Source: Raphidiopsis brookii D9 (GTDB lineage Bacteria; Cyanobacteriota; Cyanobacteriia; Cyanobacteriales; Nostocaceae). From it: 32,000 nucleotides of DNA. Of the stretch, positions 20,320-29,626 are shown piece by piece. Each line of letters starts with the position of its first letter. Position 1 is the stretch's first letter. The stretch lies in assembly GCA_000175855.1 (NCBI GenBank), contig ACYB01000011.1:39801-71800 (forward strand), written 5' to 3'. The notes under the pieces were generated by a model. It searched no databases. It was given only the letters and a program-made list of their open reading frames with translations, and was not told where the DNA came from. A program made the position numbers and the translations under genes.

Positions 20320-21094
20320 TTAAAGTCTTTTTTCTACCATTAACATCCGTCTATAAGATATCCAACCACAAACGAGGGTGAGTGTAGCAAAAAATAAACA
20401 AAAAGCGCAAGTGTAAACTCACATCGCTAAATTTTTCTCCATTAGCGGAAACACCTAAAAGAGCTTCATTCATGTGGTAAATAGGATTATACTTAGCAAT
20501 ATCTAATAGAGTTTTAGGAAATAGGGAACTTGGGAAAAATGTCCCCCCCAAAATTAACAGGGGTACGCCAAAAGTAGCTACCAAAGCATTAACGTCTTCC
20601 GTACGACGAGCTAGTTGTGTACCCAGGACAAATCCCAGACCTACGTATCCAATAATACTCAAGAAAATAATGACTATTCCTAATAATATTGAACCTTGAA
20701 AGGTTGCACCCCAGAACCCAGCAACTATATATACTAGCAGGGTTTGTCCAATTCCTATACAGCTGTGGGCTAAAAAAATTCCCAGAAAATAAGATGTGCC
20801 ACTTAAAGGTGAAATAAATAATCGTTTTAGGGTTTGTTGTTCTCTCTCCGCAACCACTGTTGCAACAGTTCCACCCAAACAACTAAAAAATAGTGCAGCA
20901 CCCACCAAACTCGAAGGTGCAGCTTTTTCTAAGGCCACCTCCATGGCTAATTCTCCCCGTTCTGACAAAACAAAGCCATTAAGTATCAAAATAGAAACTG
21001 GGAAAATAGTCCAAAAAATTAGACTTCGTCTGCGTCGTAGTAGTTCCGTTAAAATGCGCTGAGCTATAGCCAGGGTTTCACGCCAGTATTTCAT
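20320..21094 (-). CDS. ABC-2 type transporter permease, C-terminus frameshifted in an A6 run (20389-20394)
   Basis: ABC-2 permease features (SCLGGTVATVVAEREQQTLKRLFISPLSGTSYFLG; PLLILGGTFFPSSLFP). In another frame the C-terminus reads ATLTLVCGWISYRRMLMVEKRL and stops at 20320-20322. Confidence 0.8.
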
Positions 21095-21174
21095 ATTAAT
21101 TAATCTCTTGCCAAATTACCCGAGGTCTATGCTACCATGTCCCCCACAATTTTCCAGAACCTTCCACAATTCTA

Positions 21175-21780
21175 CTAATCAGTAATCGCATTCATTAAAA
21201 CTTCTGTTAAACTCATTTCTTCCAAGTCATCTAAAGTCACAGTATCGCAAATATCAAATTTAGCTCCTACACTTTGCAACTGGTCATCGAGAGCTTTGAG
21301 GAATTTTGTAGCTTGCGGATCTGTACCTACTTGAATTAGAGAAATTGCTAATTCCTCATCTTTATCTATTTTGCGAGAGGCGTTAATAACTACTTCAAAA
21401 ACCGCTTTCCGATCATCCGGTTCCCCATCAGTAATCACCACAATGGTTTCACCATTCGGTTTGGCTTGACCAGATGCTTTACGTTGAAAATAGTGATTAG
21501 TAGCATCCAAAAGCACTCCAGCTAAATTGGTTGTACCCACAGGATCATTTTCTTGAAATATCTGACCAACCTTTGCTGCTGTCACATTTTCGTATCGTTT
21601 AAATCTACCAGAAAATACGTAAACAGTAATACCATCTGGGTCAAATTGCTCACACTTTCTGGCTAGGGCTATGGTAGATTCTTGGGCTATTTCCCATCTG
21701 GTTCTTCCACCCCGTTGATCCGGAGTTGACATGCTCCCACTTTTATCAATGATTAGTGTATAGTCGCGATCGCTCATCAT
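21175..21780 (-). CDS. von Willebrand factor type A domain protein
   Basis: MIDAS-type motif DYTLIIDKSGSMS with later GTTNLAG and VVITDGEPDD. Confidence 0.9.
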   Translation of the reverse strand: MMSDRDYTLIIDKSGSMSTPDQRGGRTRWEIAQESTIALARKCEQFDPDGITVYVFSGRFKRYENVTAAKVGQIFQENDPVGTTNLAGVLLDATNHYFQRKASGQAKPNGETIVVITDGEPDDRKAVFEVVINASRKIDKDEELAISLIQVGTDPQATKFLKALDDQLQSVGAKFDICDTVTLDDLEEMSLTEVLMNAITD

Positions 21781-22067
21781 ATTTCACTCTAAATATTAAT
21801 TTATTCTTATTTTATCTTTTACCTGGCATTTTTGCGCAAGTTCCCCCAGTTAGAAAAATATGCTCTCTCCCAATATGGCGACTACCTATTTACCACCCAT
21901 GGGGGAGAGAATTAGTATGGAGGAGGTAATTAGTCCCACTGGGCGCACTATTACCCTAATTCGTAGTTAGAAAAGTGCCAAACCCTCAGTAATCCTGATC
22001 TGAGGAGATTAGACACTTCCAAATCAATATTAATGTTAATTTATCTAATTTGGTTATTAACTAATCC

Positions 22068-22653
22068 ATGTTTGCTGCTTCCCATCAATTATTATGGTCT
22101 ATGATTGGCTTGCTGTTGACCATTGGCGGCACCTTTTTAGAAGCATACGGTACCACCCTACCCTGGAGTTGGAGTCAACAGGGAATTAAAACCTTCCCCT
22201 TAGGTGCTAGTTATCAAATTGCTGCTGTATTGTTTGTTGGTTGTTTAGGGGTAAAAGTGCTGGTGCCCTTTCCCAAATTGCTTATTTAGTGATGGGCTTG
22301 ACCTTGCTACCCGTATTTGCTCAGGGAGGAGGTATAGGATATGTTAAACTTCCCAATTTGGTTACTTACTGGGGTTTATTCCAGGAGCATGGATTTGCGG
22401 ACATTTTGCCTTTAAAGCCAGACCTCGATTAGAAACCCTAGGTTTTAGTTGTCTGTGCGGATTGTTAACTATTCACATTTGCGGTATTTGTTATTTGGTA
22501 ACCAGTTATCTTTTCTCCTGGGGGGACAATCAAAATTTGTCCTTAATGGAGGGTATTCTTAAATATTCCTGGGGTTCCCTCCCTGGACAATTGGCCGTGC
22601 TTTGTGCTGTTACTGTCATAGCTTACCTCCTGCGACACATTATGTTTTATTAA
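22068..22653 (+). pseudogene. bioY: Biotin transporter BioY-like gene, broken by two single-base frameshifts
   Basis: Three consecutive frames join as MFAASHQLLWSMIG...AAVLFVGCLG | GKSAGALSQIAYLVMGLTLLPVFAQGGGIGYVKLPN | (F)GYLLGFIPGAWICGHFAFKARPRLETLGFSCLCGLLTIHICG...LPGQLAVLCAVTVIAYLLRHIMFY. Breaks lie at G4 (22248-22251) and T3 (22357-22359). Confidence 0.8.
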
Positions 22654-22707
22654 TGTTTCATTAGTAATTTTTGCGTCTCACATAACATAATTAATGGTAG
22701 AATTTTC

Positions 22708-23160
22708 ATGGGTTTAAAAAATCGCCTGTTTTGGATTGCTGCTGTAATAGCTTTTGCTCTGGACCAACTAACAAAGTTGTCCGTAGTTCAAAGCTTTGAT
22801 TTACACCAAACCTTCCCCTTAGTACCAGGAGTCTTTCATCTGACATACGTAACTAATACAGGTGCAGCTTTTAGTCTTTTTAGTGGTAAGGTTGAGTGGT
22901 TGCGTTGGTTATCCCTAGTAGTAAGTTTATTGTTAGTGGCGATCGCTCTTTGGGGTCCATCATTAATTATATGGGAACAGTTGGGTTATGGTTTAATTTT
23001 AGGGGGAGCTATAGGTAATGGTATTGATAGATTCATATTGGGATATGTGGTAGATTTTCTGGACCTTCGTCTATTCAACTTCCCAGTCTTCAATTTAGCA
23101 GACTCATTTATTAGTATAGGTATTGTTTGTCTACTAATTGGTTCCCGGAAAAAAGCCTAA
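22708..23160 (+). CDS. lspA: Lipoprotein signal peptidase II
   Basis: 150 aa with VTNTGAAFSLFSG, GGAIGNGIDRFILGYVVDFLDL and FPVFNLADSFISIG. Confidence 0.95.
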   Translation: MGLKNRLFWIAAVIAFALDQLTKLSVVQSFDLHQTFPLVPGVFHLTYVTNTGAAFSLFSGKVEWLRWLSLVVSLLLVAIALWGPSLIIWEQLGYGLILGGAIGNGIDRFILGYVVDFLDLRLFNFPVFNLADSFISIGIVCLLIGSRKKA

Positions 23161-23214
23161 GCATAAAACTCCCAATTAATTTTGATATAAATTAACTTTA
23201 CCAAATCCCAGACC

Positions 23215-25475
23215 ATGAGTTCCCAACAACCACCCCAAAACCCCAAACCTTTCTTGGTCACATCACTCAAGCTGTAAATACCATTCAAGCTAGAGTAGAC
23301 TTTTCTAAACTAGCTTTGAAACCCAATGCCAAAGTACCGGAACTCTGGGTGCAAAACGGGGAAGAAAACCAAACATATCCCCTATTGGGAGAACGTTACA
23401 TTTTAGGTCGCAGTTCCAAATCCTGTGATATCATCGTCCCCAACCCAGTAGTTAGCCAGGTTCACCTTTCCCTCACTAGGGACTCAAGCCAAAACAACCC
23501 GGTCTTCACTATCAAAGATGAAAATTCCACTAATGGTATTTACTTAGGAAAACGCCGAATTAAATCTCTCCAACTTAGACATGGTGATATTGTTACCCTG
23601 GGTCCACCAGAACTAGCTGCTTCAGTAAGTCTTGAGTATCTTGATCCACCCCCTGCCCATATTAAATTTCTTACTTGGGGAATGTATGGTATCAGTGGTA
23701 TTACTGCCTTATTTGCCCTGTCCATCGGTTGGGAGTGGACAAAATTTGACGTTAACCCTCTACCTACAGCAACCAGTGGACCAGTAGTAATTTACGCCCG
23801 GGATGCCTACACCCCATTGCGAGAACCCCGCAATATCTCTCACGTAGATCTCAAAGAAATAGCAGATTTCGGTCCTTACATACCCGCTGCAGTAGTCGCT
23901 TCGGAGGACAGTCGTTATTATTGGCACTTTGGAGTTGACCCCCTGGGAGTTTTGCGGGCAGTATTCATTAACACTCAAAGTGGGGATGTGCAACAAGGTG
24001 CTAGTACGGTTACCCAACAGCTTGCACGGAGTTTGTTTCGTGATTATGTAGGTAGACAGGATTCTTTAGGAAGAAAAATTCGTGAAGCTATGGTCTCATT
24101 AAAATTAGAAACCTTTTACAGCAAAGATGAGATCCTGCTTACCTATTTAAATCGAGTATTTTTAGGAGCTGACACTTCTGGTTTTGAAGATGCGGCTAAA
24201 TATTACTTTGAAAAATCTGCCAAAGAATTAACCCTATCAGAAGCAGCAACTTTAGTGGGAATATTACCTGCACCCAATGGGTTTGACTTTTGTGGAGATG
24301 GACCCAGGAAATTAGCAGCAGCAGATTATCGGAATCGGGTCATTCGACGCATGTTAGATATGGGGACGATTAATTCCACTCAAGCAAATCGAGCTAGAAG
24401 ATCCCCCGTACGGGTTAGTCCCAAAGTTTGCGAAAGACAAGCTAAAACTATTGCTCCCTATTTTTACAACTATGTTTTTCAAGAGTTAGAATCAATTTTG
24501 GGTGCAGGAGCAGCTAGAGAAGGTAACTACATCATTGAAACCAAATTAGACCCAGTAATTCAAGCTAAAGCTGAGGCAGCCTTGCAAAATTCGGTAAATA
24601 AGGTTGGTTCCAACTTGCGATTTTCCCAGGGAGCAATTGTCACCCTAGATTCCAAAACCGGGAGCATATTAGCCATGGTCGGGGGAAAAAATTACAAAGA
24701 AAGCCAATTTAATCGTGCTGTACAAGCTCAAAGACAACCCGGATCTACTTTTAAAGTTTTTGCCTATGCTGCAGCTATAGAAGCGGGAATACCCACCTAT
24801 AAGAGCTATTCTTGTAATTCTTTTCCCTGGGGAGGATTTACTTATAGACCTTGTCGCAGTGGGGGTGGTAGCTTAGATGTAGCTACGGGTTTTGCACTGT
24901 CGGAAAACCCTATTGCTCTAAGACTTGCACAGGAGGTGGGATTAAATAAGGTAGTAGAAATGGCCCAGAGGTTAGGGATAAAATCCTCCTTGGAACCAGT
25001 TCCCGGTTTAGTTCTGGGTCAAAGTGTGGTCAATGTTCTAGAAATGACCGGTGCGTTTGCAGCAATTGGTAATCGAGGAGTATGGAATCGTCCCCACGCT
25101 ATTACCCGAATTCTAGATAGTAGTGATTGTGAAGATCGGAAGAATTTAAAAACCTGTCGGGAGATTTATTCCTTTGCTCAAAATCCCAAAGCTAATCAAA
25201 CAGTGTTGAAAAAGAATGTGGCTAACACTATGACTGACATGATGCAAGCTGTGGTAGCTAGGGGTACTGGTCGCGCTGCTTCCATAGGAACGGGTGAGGA
25301 AGCAGGTAAAACCGGAACCACGGATAAAAATGTGGACTTGTGGTTTATTGGTTTTATTCCCAGTCGTCAATTGGTCACCGGTATTTGGTTAGGTAATGAC
25401 AACAACTCTCCCACCCTTGGTAGTAGTGGTCAAGCAGCACAATTATGGGGAAATTATATGCGACAAATTAAGTAA
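23215..25475 (+). CDS. Class A penicillin-binding protein (glycosyltransferase + transpeptidase) with N-terminal FHA domain; 5' end frameshifted near 23250
   Basis: FHA: GERYILGRSSKSCDIIVPNPVVSQVHLSL...DENSTNGIY. GT51: VVASEDSRYYWHFGVDPLG and GASTVTQQLAR. Transpeptidase: QPGSTFKVFAYAAAIE and GKTGTTDKNVDLWFIGF. The ATG at 23215 encodes MSSQQPPQNPKPF in another frame. Confidence 0.9.
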
Positions 25476-25498
25476 CTAAGACGGGGCAATTTATAATA

Positions 25499-26536
25499 AT
25501 GCGTGTTTTACTTTCTGGTTATTATGGTAAGGGTAATGGTGGTGATGAAGCTCTATTAGCTACTCTTTTACAAATGCTACCACCTCACATCACTCCTGTA
25601 GTTCTGTCCGGTAGTCCCCAAATAACCACCACAAATTATGGGGTAGAAAGTCATGACCGGATGGCATTTATCCCCTTGATTCGAGCTTTACGCTCTTGTC
25701 AAGGATTTATCTGGGGTGGAGGTAGTTTAATGCAGGATGCAACTAGTAGTATTAGTCCCTTGTATTATGGGGGAATAATGGCTTTAGCCCAATTTATGGG
25801 TCTAAAAACTATAGCCTGGGGCCAGGGTATAGGTCCCCTATCCCTAACACAAAACCGTTGGTTGGCTCAAAGAAATTTTGCCGGTTGCTTGGGAGTCAGT
25901 GTGCGCGATCGCTCAAGTGCTAGGTTATTATCAAGTTGGCACGTACCACACATCCTAGCACCTGATCCAGTGTGGGGTTTAGCATCTGAGTCAGTACCAG
26001 AATTAGCGAGTCTACCAAAACCACGAATTGCAGTTACCTTGAGAAAACATCCTCAGTTGACAGAGGGTCGATTAGCAAATCTAATCCGTGGATTGGTTGA
26101 TTTACAGAAACACACCCAAGCATTTATTTTAATTCTACCATTTCAAAAAACTGAGGATTTAGAAATTGCCCAACAAATTCACTCTCAATTGCCAAATAAT
26201 AGCCAAGTTTTTTGTTTGGAGAAACCACAAATGTTAAAAGGCGCATTTAAAGGTGTGGATATGGTAATAGGAATGCGCCTACATAGTTTAATTATGGCTG
26301 CTAGTGAAGGGTGTCGTTGCTTTGCTCTAAGTTATGATCCTAAAATCAACAGGTTGATGGAAGATTTACCCATACCAGGTTGGAATCTTCCAGATTTACC
26401 CAATGATCCTAATTTAATTGCCAAAACTTGGTTGGATTCCTATCACAATGCCGAGTCTTTGTCAAGAAATAAATTACAGTCTCTATTGGATGGTTCCCTG
26501 TTACACCGCGACTTGTTGTACCGAGTATTTAGTTAG
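25499..26536 (+). CDS. csaB: Polysaccharide pyruvyl transferase family protein, CsaB-like
   Basis: MRVLLSGYYGKGNGGDEALLATLLQML...GGGSLMQDATSSISPLYY...MGMRLHSLIMAASEGCRCFALSYDPKI (first residues of last motif VIGMRLHS). Confidence 0.85.
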   Translation: MRVLLSGYYGKGNGGDEALLATLLQMLPPHITPVVLSGSPQITTTNYGVESHDRMAFIPLIRALRSCQGFIWGGGSLMQDATSSISPLYYGGIMALAQFMGLKTIAWGQGIGPLSLTQNRWLAQRNFAGCLGVSVRDRSSARLLSSWHVPHILAPDPVWGLASESVPELASLPKPRIAVTLRKHPQLTEGRLANLIRGLVDLQKHTQAFILILPFQKTEDLEIAQQIHSQLPNNSQVFCLEKPQMLKGAFKGVDMVIGMRLHSLIMAASEGCRCFALSYDPKINRLMEDLPIPGWNLPDLPNDPNLIAKTWLDSYHNAESLSRNKLQSLLDGSLLHRDLLYRVFS

Positions 26537-26553
26537 TAGGTTAGTCTGTTGGT

Positions 26554-26850
26554 CTATTTACGTTTAGTTTCTAGATTTTGTACAGCTTGACTAAAACCCA
26601 AGACAATTAAAATATTAGCAAGAGTTAAGAATAACTCAGCACTGCCATGAAGCCAGTCTATATTTGCTAAGGCTTCTTGGTAGGCAATCTTGGCATAAAT
26701 ACCAGCTGGAATGGTAACACCAACAAATACTAAAGTGCCATAGAATCCATAGAGTGCTAAACGTGGCATTTGGGGACTGCGACTGATAAACCACAAGAAA
26801 CCCAAATAGGGGAACAGGGAGAGAGCAAATAGAGTTTCTTTTGACATCAT
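26554..26850 (-). CDS. DUF3593-family membrane protein
   Basis: 98 aa, MSKETLFALSLFPYLGFLWFISRSPQMPRLALYGFYGTLVFVGVTIPAGIYA; paired with the next gene. Confidence 0.7.
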   Translation of the reverse strand: MMSKETLFALSLFPYLGFLWFISRSPQMPRLALYGFYGTLVFVGVTIPAGIYAKIAYQEALANIDWLHGSAELFLTLANILIVLGFSQAVQNLETKRK

Positions 26851-26856
26851 AACGGT

Positions 26857-27252
26857 CTACTCCTTATTTGAGATACTGAGAACCTCATTCGGTCGAGTAG
26901 AACGCCAAACCCAGACTGCTGCTGCCCAAAGAGTAAAATTACCTATTAACGTAGTAGTAGCCTGGAGGGTGACTAACCATTCTAGGGACTGGGGATTATC
27001 GAAATAATGCCAGGTACAAGCGGATAGGGCGCTAATTAAGGCGGGTATCATACCTAGGGCAAATCCCCTCCAACTATGGTTTTGGGTCAGTTCGCCATAT
27101 TTCCAGATGAGGGAAATGGCAACTACCCATTCAATGACACTAGAAATATGGATAATCCAGGTAGGAATTGAAAGAGCATTCATGGGATTATAATGGATTT
27201 GGAGGGATTTGACTATTAAAATCAAGACGTCCTTCATTGTGGACCAACTCAT
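26857..27252 (-). CDS. DUF2499-family membrane protein
   Basis: MNALSIPTWIIHISSVIEWVVAISLIWKYGE...SACTWHYFDNPQSLEWLVTLQATTTLIGNFTL. The start may lie downstream of the track start. Confidence 0.75.
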   Translation of the reverse strand: MSWSTMKDVLILIVKSLQIHYNPMNALSIPTWIIHISSVIEWVVAISLIWKYGELTQNHSWRGFALGMIPALISALSACTWHYFDNPQSLEWLVTLQATTTLIGNFTLWAAAVWVWRSTRPNEVLSISNKE

Positions 27253-27431
27253 ATTTTATATCTACTGTTGGAGGAGCGCCACTAGAAATTGTTAAACTTT
27301 ATATTCAAAATCAAAAAGAAACTTGACCAGGATTGAAATCCCTGACGGATTTCATCCTCCACTTGAAAAAATCTCTTGACAAGCCCAAAATTGTCTGTTA
27401 ATATTAATTCATCATAATTTTTAATAAATCT

Positions 27432-27523
27432 GGAGAGGTGGCTGAGTGGTCGAAAGCGGCAGATTGCTAATCTGTTGATGGAATCGTAAGGTCCATCCGA
27501 GGGTTCGAATCCCTCCCTCTCCA
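27432..27523 (+). tRNA. tRNA-Ser (anticodon GCT)
   Basis: Acceptor GGAGAGG/CCTCTCC, anticodon loop TTGCTAA, long variable arm, and T arm GAGGG-TTCGAAT-CCCTC. CCA is not encoded. The discriminator base is A. Confidence 0.95.
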
Positions 27524-27562
27524 TTTACCTCAACTTGAAATTAACCTATTCATTAACTACTC

Positions 27563-28336
27563 ATGGAAGTTATCCCAGCAATAGATCTATTAGAGGGGCG
27601 TTGTGTAAGACTCTACAAAGGTGACTATGCACAATCCCAGGTTTACAGCCATAACCCTGTGGAAACCGCTAAGATGTGGGCAGACCAAGGAGCAACAAGA
27701 CTACATTTAGTAGATTTAGACGGAGCAAAAGCTGGTAAAATAGTTAATTTATTTACTATAGAAGCTATTACCAATGCTGTTTCTATACCTATTGAAGTTG
27801 GCGGAGGAATACGCGATAGTTCCAGTGTTATACAGTTATTTAATCTTGGGGTACAGTGGGTAATTATGGGAACTGTAGCAGTAGAGCAACCAGATTTGGT
27901 TCAAGGACTGTGTGAACAATTCCCCCAGCAAATTATAGTTGGCATTGATGCGCGGAATGGTCTAGTTGCTACCAGGGGTTGGTTAGAAACTTCTCAAATT
28001 TTGGCCCCCCAACTAGCAACCCAAATGCAGGAATTGGGTGCGGCAGCTATTATTTATACGGATATAAATCGTGATGGCACGCTTCAGGGACCAAACTTAC
28101 AAGCATTAAGAGACTTGGTATCTGCTATTTCCATACCCGTGATTGCCTCTGGGGGTGTGGGTTCTGTTACTGACCTATTAACCTTATTATCTTTAGAACA
28201 TCAGGGGGTTACAGGAGTAATTGTGGGTAAAGCCCTATATACTGGGGATATTAGTTTACCAGAAGCACTGCGGGCTATAGGTCCTGGAAGAATTCAGGAT
28301 ATTCCACCCAGTTTAGACTTCTCTAGTTTTGCCTGA
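27563..28336 (+). CDS. hisA: Phosphoribosylformimino-AICAR ribotide isomerase (HisA)
   Basis: [52 protein letters not shown] and IPVIASGGV. Confidence 0.96.
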   Translation: MEVIPAIDLLEGRCVRLYKGDYAQSQVYSHNPVETAKMWADQGATRLHLVDLDGAKAGKIVNLFTIEAITNAVSIPIEVGGGIRDSSSVIQLFNLGVQWVIMGTVAVEQPDLVQGLCEQFPQQIIVGIDARNGLVATRGWLETSQILAPQLATQMQELGAAAIIYTDINRDGTLQGPNLQALRDLVSAISIPVIASGGVGSVTDLLTLLSLEHQGVTGVIVGKALYTGDISLPEALRAIGPGRIQDIPPSLDFSSFA

Positions 28337-28522
28337 ACTAAAAGTCACAAATGTGGAAATATTCGACAAAATTTCTATAAAATACCTATTTGAATTATAA
28401 TTTAGGCAAGTTGTTGTATTGAATACAATAATTTTGTATTTCCCAATGTATGTCCTCAATTGGTGAGGATCATAACTAGTGGGAAACCAAGACCAGTACA
28501 TTCTTACAAATTTTTGTTATCA

Positions 28523-29275
28523 ATGTATACTACTGAATTGCCTAGATACTCCACTAAATCGGATATTGAACCAGTTAGTCGCGTTTTAATAGTGGAAGAC
28601 GAAGAACTGATCCGAGAGATGCTTGTAGTAGCCTTAGAGGGTGAAGGTTATGAAGTTGTAACTGCTAAAGATGGTCGTTGTGCTGTAGAATTAATGAGAA
28701 ATTTAGAGACCCAATCTGGTGAGTTATCATTCGACCTGCTTGTCCTAGACTTGATGTTGCCACAAATCAACGGATTAGATATTTGTCGTTTGTTACGTCA
28801 CCAGGGTAATTCCATACCGATTTTAATTCTGAGTGCGAAAGGTAGTGAAACTGACCGGGTACTAGGTTTAGAGGTAGGGGCGGATGATTACCTAACTAAG
28901 CCCTTTAGCATGCGGGAAATGGTAGCTAGGTGTCGCGCCCTGTTACGTCGTCAGCGGTTTTCTAATTTGCCCTTGATACCCACCTTAAAATATAAAGATA
29001 TCAATTTAAATCCTCAGGAATGTCGGGTGTTAGTGAGAGGGAGGGAGGTGAGCTTGTCACCGAAAGAATTTCGGTTACTAGAATTATTTATGAGTTATGC
29101 TCGCAGGGTGTGGTCACGGGAACAGTTATTAGACCAGGTTTGGGGTCCTGATTTTGTTGGTGACAGTAAAACTGTGGATGTTCATATTCGATGGCTGAGA
29201 GAAAAATTAGAGTTAGACCCTAGCCATCCAGAATATATTGTCACGGTCAGGGGTTTTGGCTATAGATTTGGTTGA
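28523..29275 (+). CDS. phoB: OmpR/PhoB-family response regulator (SphR-like)
   Basis: Receiver domain (VLIVEDEELIREML...LLVLDLMLPQINGLD...YLTKPF) and winged-helix domain (LSPKEFRLLELFM...VDVHIRWLREKLE). It is followed by a PhoR/SphS-like kinase and phoU. Confidence 0.88.
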   Translation: MYTTELPRYSTKSDIEPVSRVLIVEDEELIREMLVVALEGEGYEVVTAKDGRCAVELMRNLETQSGELSFDLLVLDLMLPQINGLDICRLLRHQGNSIPILILSAKGSETDRVLGLEVGADDYLTKPFSMREMVARCRALLRRQRFSNLPLIPTLKYKDINLNPQECRVLVRGREVSLSPKEFRLLELFMSYARRVWSREQLLDQVWGPDFVGDSKTVDVHIRWLREKLELDPSHPEYIVTVRGFGYRFG

Positions 29276-29626
29276 TTTCTATATCTGGGCTATTCTGTTT
29301 TTGGTTTTCCTATCCCTTTAGGTGGTCGTAGTCTTTTTATTTTAAACCATCCGCTGGATTGGGGTTTTTGGCTCTTGTCGCGGGAGTTATCATTTTGGGA
29401 GTTGTCATTTTGATTGGACATAAAATTCAGCAAGAAGTCTATCAGTTACCTGATTCAGTCTAACCTGTGGTACAGGAATGGTTACAGATACCTGGGCGAT
29501 CGCATTTTCCCAAAGCAGTCCCTACTGGTTATAATTATAATCTAACAATTAAAAAAAGCCGTCCTATAAAGACCGTGCTTGGATCCTCCCCCTTTAATTC
29601 CGGTCAAATAGCACACTTACGATCAA

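Noticed and set aside
20589-21062. Two plus-strand ORFs opposite the ABC permease
   Set aside because: Antisense to a recognisable permease and not protein-like.
21866-21935. CTCTCCC ... GGGAGAG inverted repeat between the VWA gene and bioY
   Set aside because: The loop is long and the stem short; not distinguishable from chance without comparison.
23540-25370. Three minus-strand ORFs inside the PBP gene
   Set aside because: Antisense shadows of well-supported FHA, GT51 and transpeptidase coding sequence.
27282-27524. Minus-strand ORF MEREGFEPSDGPYDSINRLAICRFRPLSH...
   Set aside because: Its N-terminal part is the antisense of the tRNA-Ser gene, a well-known source of false protein predictions.
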